Positions 20,376 to 30,085 of a stretch of 64,000 nucleotides of DNA are shown in pieces. The translations under genes were made by a program, and so were the position numbers. Under the pieces are notes generated by a model. The model ran no database searches. It worked only from the letters and a program-made list of their open reading frames with translations, and was not told the origin of the DNA. Every line of letters begins with the position of its first letter. Positions within the stretch are counted from its first letter, which is position 1. This DNA is from Candidatus Hydrogenedentota bacterium (lineage in GTDB: Bacteria; Hydrogenedentota; Hydrogenedentia; Hydrogenedentales; SLHB01). Location of the stretch: the NCBI GenBank assembly GCA_963745075.1, contig CAVUWV010000012.1, positions 128,001-192,000 of the forward strand. Direction: 5' to 3'.

Positions 20376-21542
20376 CTAGTACACGGGTTGGAAAACGACA
20401 CAGACTGGCGCGGCTATCCCCACGTCACGTCCCGTGGGGGCCACTGTGCCGTGCTCGGGGTCGATGCGAAAAACGACGACGTTGTCCGTATCCTGGTTCG
20501 CCGCGAAGAGATAGCGGCCCGAGGGATCAATGTTGAAACTGCGCGGCGTGTGCCCGCCCGTGGGCGTGTGGCCGATGTCCGCGAGTCTTCCCGTATCCTC
20601 GTCGATTGCGAACACGGCGATGCTGTCGTGTCCCCGGTTCGACGCGTATAGGAACTTACCCGAGGGGTGCACCTGAATTTCGGCTGTCGTGTTGTCGCCG
20701 TCGAATCCTTCCGGGAGCGTTCCGATGCTCTGCAATTCCTGCATCGCGCCGGACTCCGCATCATAGGCAAACGCCGTCACGGTGTTGCCCATTTCGTTTA
20801 CGCAATAGATGAATCGTCCCGAGGGGTGAATCGCGACGTGTCGCGGTCCCGAACCGGGCGCGACCCGTGCAAACGGAGGATTATTGGCCGTCAACTCGCC
20901 CCTCGCTGCGTCGTACCGGTAGAGCATCAGCTTGTCCAGGCCCAAGTCCGCCGCGATGAGCATGCGCCCGGCTTTGTCGAACGTGACGGAATGCGCGTGG
21001 GGGCCTTCCTGGCGCTGCGGATTGACGCTACTACCTTCGTGTTGAATGAAACTGCTGGCCGGGTTTAGGCTCCCGTCGTCCTCCACGGGAAATAGCGCAA
21101 TGCTCCCTCCGCCATAATTCGCCGCCGCCACGTGTCTGCCGGAAGGCGCCACGCACACATGGCAGGGTCCTGTCCCGATTGTGGACTCCTGGTTGATGAG
21201 TTTAAGAAGACCGGTAACCTTGTCGATGGCAAACGCGCTGATCGTCCCACCCGGGTGTTCCGAGGTCCCTGCCATTTCGCCCACCGCGTAGAGCACCGCT
21301 TTATCGGGATGAATGGCCAGGAAGGACGGGTTTTCCGTCGCGACCGCCAGCCCCTGCAACGTCAGATCGCCCGTCGACGCGTCAAAGTCGAGCAGATAGA
21401 TTCCCTCACTTACCCCCTGTGTGTACGTGCCGACGTATACCCGGTAGTGATCCGGCATGGGGTTCTCCTGGGCAAATGCGTTGACGGCTAAGACGCTGGC
21501 AAGTCCAGATACAAACAAGGCGAATCCGGATAGCATTCTCAT
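20376..21542 (-). CDS. pgl: Lactonase family (6-phosphogluconolactonase-like) beta-propeller, secreted
   Basis: VYVGTYT, NPSFLA, ANYGGG, RQEGPHAH, DLGLD, GSGPRH, SNRGHDSIA. Confidence 0.88.
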   Translation of the reverse strand: MRMLSGFALFVSGLASVLAVNAFAQENPMPDHYRVYVGTYTQGVSEGIYLLDFDASTGDLTLQGLAVATENPSFLAIHPDKAVLYAVGEMAGTSEHPGGTISAFAIDKVTGLLKLINQESTIGTGPCHVCVAPSGRHVAAANYGGGSIALFPVEDDGSLNPASSFIQHEGSSVNPQRQEGPHAHSVTFDKAGRMLIAADLGLDKLMLYRYDAARGELTANNPPFARVAPGSGPRHVAIHPSGRFIYCVNEMGNTVTAFAYDAESGAMQELQSIGTLPEGFDGDNTTAEIQVHPSGKFLYASNRGHDSIAVFAIDEDTGRLADIGHTPTGGHTPRSFNIDPSGRYLFAANQDTDNVVVFRIDPEHGTVAPTGRDVGIAAPVCVVFQPVY

Positions 21543-21565
21543 GGCTATCGTTCCCTTCTTCGTTT

Positions 21566-22012
21566 CTACAGCTTCACCTTGACCACCACTTTCCGCACGG
21601 TGCACGGCGTTTCGTGCACGATGCACGGCGCGTGCGCATCGTCCGGCATGAACACGCAAAACTGCTCCGGCCGAAGGACGAGGTCCGTTGTCCCGGGTAT
21701 CAGCGCGTAGAACTCGAAATCCGGCTCATACGGCTTTGTTACTGTAAGCCCTTCCCGCGGCGCCCACAGGATCGACTCTTTACCGTCCAGCAGAATCTGA
21801 ATGTCCGCGTAGTCCCGATGCGCCTCGAACTCCTGCTCATCTCGTGGTTTCGACTCGTAGGTCTGCACCATGCAGAAGAGATTGTCGCCGTCCAGTTCGT
21901 ATTTCCCATCTGCAACGCCCGCATCCAACTGCTCCAGATATGCAAATCCATGCCCGAACCGCTCGTTGGGCCACGCGTACTGTCCCCAGTTCTTCAGCAA
22001 ATCCATAATCAT
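21566..22012 (-). CDS. YhcH/YjgK/YiaL (NanQ-like) family protein
   Basis: FEAHRDYADIQ, FMPDDAHAP, VRKVVVKV. Confidence 0.9.
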   Translation of the reverse strand: MIMDLLKNWGQYAWPNERFGHGFAYLEQLDAGVADGKYELDGDNLFCMVQTYESKPRDEQEFEAHRDYADIQILLDGKESILWAPREGLTVTKPYEPDFEFYALIPGTTDLVLRPEQFCVFMPDDAHAPCIVHETPCTVRKVVVKVKL

Positions 22013-22222
22013 GTCCGTTTCCCCTTGGTCGTTTACGTGCGTTACCGTGACGTGGATTATGCCAGATGGTGCCCCGTCGTATCTCCCGCTACCAGCGCAT
22101 TTGCTTTTGACGCCTCTCGCGAAGAGGTCTACAATTAAACCCGAGCGGCTTAGGGGGAGTCGCGGAAGTTTCATCTGCAATTCCGGTTTAGGCCGGAGTT
22201 CAACCTTGGGGGATTTCCTGCC

Positions 22223-23560
22223 ATGTCGGAACACGCGATCCATTCCAGAAGCACGCGGAGGAGTTTTCTGAAGACCGCAGGCGTTGCGGGGGCAAGTTTG
22301 TATCTCAGCGGGGCCGCGACGTCCCGTGCCGCCGCACCTGCGAAACTGGAAACACTGGCCGTGAACGCCGGCCCGAAGGCCGTGTCGGCGGTCGTCGATA
22401 ACGCCACGAAGTGGCCCCTGTACGGTGAAGAAGAAATCGCCGCTGTGTCCGAGTTGCTCCGCGCGCCGGATTACGCCCCCGTCGCCCAATTCGAGGATGC
22501 CTGGAAAGCCTATCACGGGTGTGCGTACGCCAAAGCCCACTGCAACGGCACCAGCGCGTTGACCTCCATGTTGTTCGCCCTGCAACTGCCGCCGGGCAGC
22601 GAGGTGTTGGTCCCCGATTACAGCACCTGGTTTCCGGTTGTGCCCATGCGCTTCTTCGATCTTGTGCCGGTTTTTGTCGACTCAGACCCGAAGACTATGA
22701 ATATCGATCTCGAGGACTGCAAGCGGCGGCTGACGAGCAAGACACGCGCGATCATGCCCGTGCACTGGTACGGGCTCCCCTGCGAGATGCCGGAGATTTG
22801 TGCCTTCGCGGAAGAACACGGACTTAACGTCGTCGAAGACGCCAGCCACGCCCACGGTGCCTGGGTCGGGGGCGAACGGATCGGCAACTGGGGCCGCATG
22901 GCCGGGTTCAGCCTGCAAGGGACGAAGCCGTTGCCGTCCATCGAGGGCGGGATCGGCATGTACAAGGACCAAGGCGACTACGAGCGCGCGACGACCTACG
23001 GAAACTACGATCTGCCGAACACGTTCCCGGAAGGCAGCCCCTACCGGAAGTATCAGGGCACGGCTTTCGGATCGAAACTCCGCATTCACCCGGTCTCGGC
23101 CATCCTGGCCCGCATCCAACTCGGCAAACTCGACGACATGAATAGTGCCGGCGTCGCCCAAGTCCGCAGATTAAACGACCGGATCACCCAATTGCCCGGC
23201 CTCAGCGAACAGTACGCCCGTCCGGACATGAAGCGCGTGTACTATTCCAAGAACATCCTGTTCCTCGACGAGAAAGCCGCGGGCATGCCCCGTGGAAAAG
23301 TGGTGGAAGCGCTGAAAGCCGAAGGGGTCGACGTGATCGAGAACAACTGGACCATGCTCCACGAATACCCAATCTTCGCCGAATCCCAGTGGTGGCGGCA
23401 TATGCCCGTTCTGCCGGATCCGGACTCGGTTCCCGGTGCTCTCGAAGCCAATCGCACCGCCATCCAGGTCGCGTACTTCACGTCCGACCAGCCCGAGTTG
23501 GTTGAGCAATACGGCGACGCCTTCGAGAAAGTGTGGGCGCACCGCGGAGATTTGACATAA
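22223..23560 (+). CDS. DegT/DnrJ/EryC1/StrS PLP aminotransferase with Tat-like signal
   Basis: TRRSFLK + AAA cleavage site; CNGTSAL, AIMPVHWYG, EDASHAHG, FSLQGTKPL..EGG. Confidence 0.9.
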   Translation: MSEHAIHSRSTRRSFLKTAGVAGASLYLSGAATSRAAAPAKLETLAVNAGPKAVSAVVDNATKWPLYGEEEIAAVSELLRAPDYAPVAQFEDAWKAYHGCAYAKAHCNGTSALTSMLFALQLPPGSEVLVPDYSTWFPVVPMRFFDLVPVFVDSDPKTMNIDLEDCKRRLTSKTRAIMPVHWYGLPCEMPEICAFAEEHGLNVVEDASHAHGAWVGGERIGNWGRMAGFSLQGTKPLPSIEGGIGMYKDQGDYERATTYGNYDLPNTFPEGSPYRKYQGTAFGSKLRIHPVSAILARIQLGKLDDMNSAGVAQVRRLNDRITQLPGLSEQYARPDMKRVYYSKNILFLDEKAAGMPRGKVVEALKAEGVDVIENNWTMLHEYPIFAESQWWRHMPVLPDPDSVPGALEANRTAIQVAYFTSDQPELVEQYGDAFEKVWAHRGDLT

Positions 23561-23608
23561 CGCGAGGCACAAGCCCTTGACAGAACGGACTACGTATCGT
23601 ATCCCGGT

Positions 23609-23674
23609 TCGTAATCGTAATCGTAATCGTAATCGTAATCGTAATCGTAATCGTAATCGTAATCGTAATCGTAA
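23609..23674. repeat. Perfect hexanucleotide microsatellite (TCGTAA)11
   Basis: 66 nt counted directly, between two convergent stop codons. Confidence 0.97.
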
Positions 23675-23679
23675 TCGAT

Positions 23680-24492
23680 CTAGCCCAGCGCCACGTCGAG
23701 CGTCATCATGATGGCGAATCCGACCATGACGCCGATGGTGGGGAGGTCTGTGTCGCCTTTCCGTTGCGATTCGGGGATGAGTTCTTCGGCGACCACGAAG
23801 ATCATCGCCCCGGCCGCGAACGCGAGCGCGTAAGGAAGCAAGGGGCGCATCGCCAGGACCGCCGCGGCCCCGCAGATTCCAGCGATGGGTTCCACCAGGC
23901 CGGATGCCTGACCGTACATGAAGCTTTTCGTACGCGAGATTCCCTCACGGCGAAGGGGCACGGCCACAGCGGTACCCTCCGGAAAATTCTGTATGCCGAT
24001 GCCGAGGGCTAACGCGACAGCGCTCCCAAAAGTTGCCCCTTCGATTCCGGACGCCGCTGCGCCGAACGCAACGCCCACGGCGAGTCCCTCGGGAATGTTG
24101 TGCAAGGTGATCGCCAGGACCAACAACGTGCTGCGCCGCCACGAGGTGTGAATGCCTTCCGCCTCCTCCATCCGGAATCCCGGGTGCAGGTGGGGAAGCA
24201 GTTTGTCGATGGCCCAAAGGAATGCGCCGCCCGCAAGAAATCCGGTTAGTGGGGGGAACCACCGCGACAGGCCCATTTGTTCGCTGAGCGTGATGGCGGG
24301 CGCCAGCAGCGACCAGAAGCTTGCCGCAATCATGACCCCGGCCGCCATTCCGAGCATGGCGTCGAGAAGCGTCTGATCGATCGTACGGAATCCGAATACG
24401 AGAGCCGCCCCCAAGGCCGTGACGCCCCACGTGAACAAAGTCGCCAGTAAGGCCTGCCAGATTGGACTGACGTGCTCTAGTTGTTCCAGCAC
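23680..24492 (-). CDS. ZIP family metal transporter (GufA/ZupT-like)
   Basis: [29 protein letters not shown]. Confidence 0.93.
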   Translation of the reverse strand: MLEQLEHVSPIWQALLATLFTWGVTALGAALVFGFRTIDQTLLDAMLGMAAGVMIAASFWSLLAPAITLSEQMGLSRWFPPLTGFLAGGAFLWAIDKLLPHLHPGFRMEEAEGIHTSWRRSTLLVLAITLHNIPEGLAVGVAFGAAASGIEGATFGSAVALALGIGIQNFPEGTAVAVPLRREGISRTKSFMYGQASGLVEPIAGICGAAAVLAMRPLLPYALAFAAGAMIFVVAEELIPESQRKGDTDLPTIGVMVGFAIMMTLDVALG

Positions 24493-24739
24493 TGTTTGCC
24501 TTTCCGTCTCGAAGTTTCAACGTACAAGCTGGTGGTGAGGGATCCGCGCAAAGTCTCGCAGGCATTGGATCACACCGTTACGACTGCTTCGCTCGATGGA
24601 TCGCATGGGCCCGGGTACATCGGTCAGCCGTTTGGTATCTGCCGTCGCAGTCAAGACCGCGTACGCACCAGCGCAATTGCGCCCATCGCGTGACGATCGA
24701 AGACAGCAGCGCGCCGCGGTTGTTTGTCTCGAGACGCCG

Positions 24740-25570
24740 CTAGAAATCAATCTCGTCGGGATGGGGGCCGATCCGTTCTTCCCGATCAAGCCCGTCGATA
24801 GTGGCCATTTCAGAGGCGCTCAGCTCGAAACCGAAGACATCCGCATTACTGGCGATCCGTTCCTGATGGACCGACTTCGGGATTGTCACCACGCCTTTTT
24901 GCAGTTCCCATCGTATGGTGACCTGGACCGGCGTCTTACCGTGCGCTTTCGCAATGGCCTGAATTTCGGGGACGTTATTCACCCGGCCCTTCATGATCGG
25001 CGCCCAGGCCTCGTGGGCGATATCGTTCTTCTGGTCGAAGGCAAGCAGTTCGGGCTGCTGTAGCCGCGGGTGAAACTCGACCTGGTTGACCATGGGTTTC
25101 ACCTTGGCGGATCCCAGAAGATCGTTCAGGTGATGCACGAGAAAGTTGCTGACGCCAATCGCTTTGGCCCGGCCTTCCCCGTAGATCTGTTCGAGTGCGC
25201 GCCAGGTCTCCTTGAATTTGCCCTTGACCGGCCAATGAATGAGGAAGAGGTCGACGTACTCCATCCCCAGCTTATCGAGGCTCGTTTGGAACGCCTGTAA
25301 CGTGGTGTCATATCCCTGGTCCGTGTTCCAGACTTTGGTCGTCACAAATACCTGCTCGCGCGGCACTCCACTCGCCGCGACAGCCTTTCCGACGTCCGCC
25401 TCATTCTGATAGATCGCCGCGGTATCGATGTGCCGGTACCCGATATCCAACGCCCAGTGGACGGCCTGTTCCGTTTCCGCCCCAGGCTCCGACCGCCACA
25501 CTCCCATTCCAAGTTGGGGGATGTCCATCCCGTTATGCAACCGCAATGTGCAATTGTCCAGTTCGCTCAT
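24740..25570 (-). CDS. Aldo/keto reductase (AKR5, glyoxal reductase-like)
   Basis: GYRHIDTAAIY, TTKVW, LIHWP, AIGVSNF, IPKS. Confidence 0.95.
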   Translation of the reverse strand: MSELDNCTLRLHNGMDIPQLGMGVWRSEPGAETEQAVHWALDIGYRHIDTAAIYQNEADVGKAVAASGVPREQVFVTTKVWNTDQGYDTTLQAFQTSLDKLGMEYVDLFLIHWPVKGKFKETWRALEQIYGEGRAKAIGVSNFLVHHLNDLLGSAKVKPMVNQVEFHPRLQQPELLAFDQKNDIAHEAWAPIMKGRVNNVPEIQAIAKAHGKTPVQVTIRWELQKGVVTIPKSVHQERIASNADVFGFELSASEMATIDGLDREERIGPHPDEIDF

Positions 25571-25781
25571 AATCACCTCATCGTGTTCACGTGGAATCCT
25601 TTGCAGATACGTTAGTTATGCATCCCGGTGGACGTGGAATTCAAGGCCAATGGCCGAACGATACCCTTTGTGCCATCTTCCGGGGATGACGGACTTTTGC
25701 CTATGCGCCGTTCTTTGCTACGCTTGTATCTCAAGTAACTCGCCGCGCTGACCCAAGGTGCGGACTCTCAGAGTAAGCATC

Positions 25782-26867
25782 ATGGCACTTCGATTGGGAG
25801 AGTACGTCGTTTACGGGGAGATTCGAAACACGGGGAACTACAGTACCGCCGGTCTTCTCGTGTTACGCAGCGTCCCGGACGCTGATGAGGCGATCATCCA
25901 CCTGGCGCTCACCGGGAATTGTGGGCAAGACTTGAAAGGCAAACACTTCCGGTTCCGGCCGCGAGAAGGCGAGCCACACCAGGCGACTTTCGATCCGGCG
26001 TGTTTTGACGGGGTCCAGTACCGGCAGATCGGTCCGACGGGAACGATGACCGCCACGGGATGGGTTCGCGTGTTTGACTGCCCCGTAGAGGAATATCTCA
26101 AGCGTTCGAAACTCGGCGAGCCGCCGCCGACCGTGTGGAGACGCCGACTCTATCTCGAATGGTACAGCCAGAACGGCCGCGTCCTCATCGAGATGGCCGA
26201 TCCGATTCTCGAGGAATGCATTCGTCCGCCGACTGGAGAGAAAGACGAAGGAGAATGGATTCCGATCCCTCATTTGACCTTGCCGCCGGACCTGCCGGGG
26301 ACGGAGCGGCAGCCGGATCTGGGGATCACGACGTTCGAAGTCGACGGAGACGAAACGCATATCGAACATTGGTCCATCCGGGATGCGTCCGATGACGATG
26401 AGGACGAGTTCAGCACGGCCCCGGACGAACTTCAACGCCAACTCGACAAAGAAGCCCGGGCCATCGATCGTGCGATACAGGACCGTGAGCATGCGGCCGA
26501 TGAAGACCTGGCAGAGTTGGAACTCATGGACCAATGCCTGGAGCACAGTTTACGCCGCCCCGTCATGTCTTTGCTCAAAGATATCGATAAACTTCCCCGG
26601 CCCGAGACCCTGGACGACGAGGCCGTCGAAGCCGAGCTGAAGAAGATCTTGACGCAACTTGCGATGCTGAACGTAGCCCTCGACGTGTGCGATCACTGCA
26701 CTCCCCGGGATTGTTACCGCATGCTGCTCGACGAAATGCTGACGGACAACGAGACGTTCGAGGAACTCATCGGCACCGGTTGGGCGCAGCACATGATGAT
26801 CTCCGAATACTGTCCAAAATGTCAGGCTGAAGCTGAGGAAGAATACCGCGAGTACATGGAGGAGTGA
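25782..26867 (+). CDS. Hypothetical protein, acidic, with C-terminal Cys motifs
   Basis: 361-aa ORF with host-like codon usage; CDHC..DC and CPKC. Confidence 0.7.
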   Translation: MALRLGEYVVYGEIRNTGNYSTAGLLVLRSVPDADEAIIHLALTGNCGQDLKGKHFRFRPREGEPHQATFDPACFDGVQYRQIGPTGTMTATGWVRVFDCPVEEYLKRSKLGEPPPTVWRRRLYLEWYSQNGRVLIEMADPILEECIRPPTGEKDEGEWIPIPHLTLPPDLPGTERQPDLGITTFEVDGDETHIEHWSIRDASDDDEDEFSTAPDELQRQLDKEARAIDRAIQDREHAADEDLAELELMDQCLEHSLRRPVMSLLKDIDKLPRPETLDDEAVEAELKKILTQLAMLNVALDVCDHCTPRDCYRMLLDEMLTDNETFEELIGTGWAQHMMISEYCPKCQAEAEEEYREYMEE

Positions 26868-26954
26868 TCGTGCGCCCGCCAGGCATCTGTGCGTGAAGGA
26901 AAGTCCGTGACTCGGGGACCCGATCCCAACGTAATGTTTCAGGAGAGTATCACG

Positions 26955-27392
26955 ATGAGTGCATACGCGAAGCAAACAGCGTCCACGGTTCTACCCGCAA
27001 TGCGATACCGCGACGCACCCAGTGCCATCGTATGGCTTTGTAAGGCATTCGGGTCTGAGAGACACCTCGTAGTCCCCGGCGAGCATGGCACGATCGCACA
27101 CGCGCAACTATCGTTCGGAAACGGCATGATTATGCTCGGGTTCGCCACGGACAATAAATTCGGCCGGCTCGTCAAGACCCCGGCCGACTTCGACGGAGGC
27201 ACTACAGAAAGTTCGTACATTACCGTTTCCGACGCGGACCAACACTACGCCCGGGCCGTTGCCGCTGGGGCGGAGATCGTCATCGAAATCAAGGACGAGG
27301 ATTACGGGGGGCGCGGCAATTCGTGCCGGAATCTTGAAGGTCACGTATGGAATTTTGGGACCTACGATCCCTGGTACACGGCCGGGTCATGA
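26955..27392 (+). CDS. VOC/glyoxalase family protein
   Basis: IAHAQLSFGNGMIML, YARAVAAGAEI, EGHVWNFGTYDP; AGGAG RBS. Confidence 0.9.
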   Translation: MSAYAKQTASTVLPAMRYRDAPSAIVWLCKAFGSERHLVVPGEHGTIAHAQLSFGNGMIMLGFATDNKFGRLVKTPADFDGGTTESSYITVSDADQHYARAVAAGAEIVIEIKDEDYGGRGNSCRNLEGHVWNFGTYDPWYTAGS

Positions 27393-28162
27393 TCGTCGAC
27401 CGGATGCGGCCCTGGTTTCTCGCGGCGGTGAGCCTCGCCTTCGTGGCGCCGTCCTTTTCGGATTTGCCAACTTCCGAGTCGCAGGTTCGGCGCCTCTACG
27501 TGATCGGCGACTCCACCGCCGCCGCGTATCCCGCCGATCGTGCGCCCTTGACGGGGTGGGCGCAAGTGTTTCAGTCCTGTTTTGATTCGAATTGCGTGGT
27601 GGTGGACGACCGGGCACGTAGCGGCAGAAGCTCCAAAAGCTTCTACGAAGAAGGCGCCTGGACGCCCATTCGGGATGCGTTGAAACCGGGCGATTACGTT
27701 TTCATTCAGTTCGGGCACAACGACCAGAAAAAAGAAGATCCCGCGCGCTTCACGGACCCCAAAACGACCTACCGCGAGTTTCTTATGAAGTACGTGAATG
27801 ACGCTCGCGCGGCCGGTGCAATACCCGTCTTGCTGACCTCCATTAACCGAAACCGGTGGGCCGAAGATCGGTCCTTTGTCGATACCTTGGGTGACTATCC
27901 AACCGCAGTTCGTGAATTGGCGAAAGAATTGAACACGCCGCTCATCGACCTCCACCGGCTTACCCGAAAACGCTTCGAAGAACTCGGTCCAGCCGGAACG
28001 CATGGGTTGTTTCTTTACCTCGACAAGGGCGTCTCCCCGAACTATCCGGATGGCAAACAAGATGGTACGCACCTGTGCCTCGAAGGCGCACAGGAAGTGA
28101 GCAAGCTCGTAGCCCGTGCGATTCGCAACCTGGACCTGCCGCTTGCGTCCTGCCTGCACTAG
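27389..28162 (+). CDS. Rhamnogalacturonan acetylesterase-like SGNH hydrolase (CE12)
   Basis: GDST, GWAQ, SGRSS, IQFGHND, DGTH; ATGA overlap with the upstream gene. Confidence 0.9.
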   Translation: MIVDRMRPWFLAAVSLAFVAPSFSDLPTSESQVRRLYVIGDSTAAAYPADRAPLTGWAQVFQSCFDSNCVVVDDRARSGRSSKSFYEEGAWTPIRDALKPGDYVFIQFGHNDQKKEDPARFTDPKTTYREFLMKYVNDARAAGAIPVLLTSINRNRWAEDRSFVDTLGDYPTAVRELAKELNTPLIDLHRLTRKRFEELGPAGTHGLFLYLDKGVSPNYPDGKQDGTHLCLEGAQEVSKLVARAIRNLDLPLASCLH

Positions 28163-28336
28163 GCGACCTCGGACGGTCATCGGTCTTCACAAACGCACGA
28201 CGTTCCCCATCGTTGGGGAGAACCCCGCGATTTCCACTTCGATATCGGCGTTCCCATGCTGACGTCTTTGAAGTTCCGGCTTTGCCGTCTCCACCGTGCC
28301 TTATTCTGTAGCGGTGGCGTACCGGTTCCACACCGG

Positions 28337-28353
28337 TTGGCACACAAAATGCT
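28337..28353 (+). promoter_or_regulatory. Sigma54 -24/-12 promoter
   Basis: TTGGCACACAAAATGCT, GG-N10-GC, about 100 bp upstream of ATG 28455. Confidence 0.7.
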
Positions 28354-28454
28354 CCTAGATTGGTAGAACCGGTGGTGACGAACAGGATCGACGAGCTCGG
28401 TTGGAGCGCAGTATCGCTTCGAGTCGCTTGTGATACCGGTAACAAGGAGCAACG

Positions 28455-28949
28455 ATGAAAACCAACCAACTGAATACGCGCAAAGCGTTGGAGCCACGGC
28501 AAACGCTGCAAAGCAGCGTGCACGATTCAATCAGTCGCGTGATTCTTTTTCACGAGGCCGCGCGCGACTTCTGGCAACGCTGGAAACCGAAGGTTAAAGA
28601 CGAGAAATCCAAAGTGTATCTTGAGCACTTAGCCCAGTTGGAAGCGCGACGCGCGGGGAGCCTGCAAGAATATGCATCGCAGGCGCCGCACGAAGTACTT
28701 ACGACGTGGTTGAAGGTCGGTCCGGACATTGAAGTGCACGACTGGCTTTCCGCCATCGAAATGGATGAACGCGTTACGACGCGTGACGTCAGCGAGATAG
28801 CGGGAAAGCTCTACGACCTGTTGCTCAAAGTCCTCGGCGCGCAATCGAATCAGACCGAGTCGGAAGACGTTGGCGAATTCTTGAAACATATACGTGATGA
28901 CGAACAGCGCGCGAAATTGTATGCAATTCGAAGCACGGAACTCGACTGA
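28455..28949 (+). CDS. Ferritin/rubrerythrin-like helical protein with degenerate metal site
   Basis: Four-helix pattern FHEAARDFW...LEHLAQLEARR...FLKHIRDDEQR; AAGGAG RBS. Confidence 0.6.
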   Translation: MKTNQLNTRKALEPRQTLQSSVHDSISRVILFHEAARDFWQRWKPKVKDEKSKVYLEHLAQLEARRAGSLQEYASQAPHEVLTTWLKVGPDIEVHDWLSAIEMDERVTTRDVSEIAGKLYDLLLKVLGAQSNQTESEDVGEFLKHIRDDEQRAKLYAIRSTELD

Positions 28950-29092
28950 TTGAGGGGGGGTGCGGCCCCGACTGGACCCGGCGAATCGTTCTTATGTAGC
29001 GGTGTAAAGTAACTACACGTTTCGTGCGCATTTGTTACGCCGCGCGAGCGGAAGCCCCCACAATTTCCCATACCAGTTAGACCTTTCCTAAC

Positions 29093-29108
29093 GGGCATGG
29101 CATTTGCA
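29093..29108 (+). promoter_or_regulatory. Sigma54 -24/-12 promoter
   Basis: GGGCATGGCATTTGCA, GG-N10-GC with TTGCA, 80 bp upstream of ATG 29189. Confidence 0.6.
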
Positions 29109-29188
29109 CTTTATTCAATTGACTGGTCAACGCATTCGCGCGCGCTACGCGGGAGATTGGGCGCAACAATTTAGAAGGAGTATGGAAG

Positions 29189-29536
29189 ATGACTACCTTA
29201 ACAAGCGAGCGGTGCTCGACAGAAATTAACCAGGATGCCCGGCTGGATCCCCACGACATTCGCAAACTTGAGGCAGAACTTCCTGCCGGCTGGGATATCG
29301 TTGAGAATCATCACTTGTCTACCAGCTTTTCGTTCGACGATTTTCAATCGGCCCTCCGGTTTGTGGACAAGATCGGCGCCATCGCCGAGGAAGAAAAGCA
29401 CCATCCCGATATCGGTCTGTCCTACGGCAAGGTCAACGTCACTATCCTGACGCATAAGGTCGGCGGACTGACCCGAAACGATTTCATCCTCGCCGCGAAG
29501 ATAGCGTCCGCAGCGCCGAAGGGTTCGTCTGGTTAA
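29189..29536 (+). CDS. phhB: Pterin-4-alpha-carbinolamine dehydratase
   Basis: F.F.DF..AL.FV, AEEEKHHPDI, THKVGGLTRNDFILAAKI. Confidence 0.92.
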   Translation: MTTLTSERCSTEINQDARLDPHDIRKLEAELPAGWDIVENHHLSTSFSFDDFQSALRFVDKIGAIAEEEKHHPDIGLSYGKVNVTILTHKVGGLTRNDFILAAKIASAAPKGSSG

Positions 29537-29630
29537 TCCTGGAGAGATACGGAAACCCACACGCTGCAAGCCGAGAGGCGCAACACGCGCCCAGGTTGGA
29601 ACCATGCTTTCAGACAGGAGAAACGTCGTA

Positions 29631-30014
29631 ATGGCACTAGAATACCACGAACCGCCCGACCAACTTAGAGCCGAAACGCGGGAAATCCATCGAGGTCTCG
29701 CGTCGCTGATCGAAGAACTGGAGGCCATTGACTGGTATCAACACCGGATCGACGTGACCGGTGACGAGGAGATGCGATCGATTCTCACGCACAACCGGAA
29801 CGAAGAGATGGAGCATGCCGCAATGGCGTTGGAGTGGCTGCGCCGGAAGATGCCGGAATTGGATGGATGGCTCAGGTCTTATCTCTTTACAGAAGGCGCA
29901 ATCGTAGGAAGCGGAGAGGCCGACGGCGCCGAGGAGAAAAGCGAATCGTCCAAGAGCGCTAACCCCGTCTTGGGTTCCCTTGGTGTGGGGAATGCCCATC
30001 GATTTGGCGCATGA
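29631..30014 (+). CDS. Encapsulated ferritin-like protein (EncFtn/Flp) with C-terminal cargo-loading peptide
   Basis: YHEP, EELEAIDWYQHR, HNRNEEMEHAAMALEWLRR, YLFTEG, flexible linker, then GSLGVG. Confidence 0.95.
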   Translation: MALEYHEPPDQLRAETREIHRGLASLIEELEAIDWYQHRIDVTGDEEMRSILTHNRNEEMEHAAMALEWLRRKMPELDGWLRSYLFTEGAIVGSGEADGAEEKSESSKSANPVLGSLGVGNAHRFGA

Positions 30015-30085
30015 AACTCTAACAAAGACACACTCATGTTAAACGATGAAGCCGATTGGTTTATCGGAAAGGACTGAGTCACATC

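Noticed and set aside
24493..24739. Possible metal-sensing (yybP-ykoY) riboswitch upstream of the ZIP gene, prompted by GCGAGACUUU on the minus strand
   Set aside because: The 5' GGGGAGUA-type element is not visible; an Rfam/Infernal scan would be needed.
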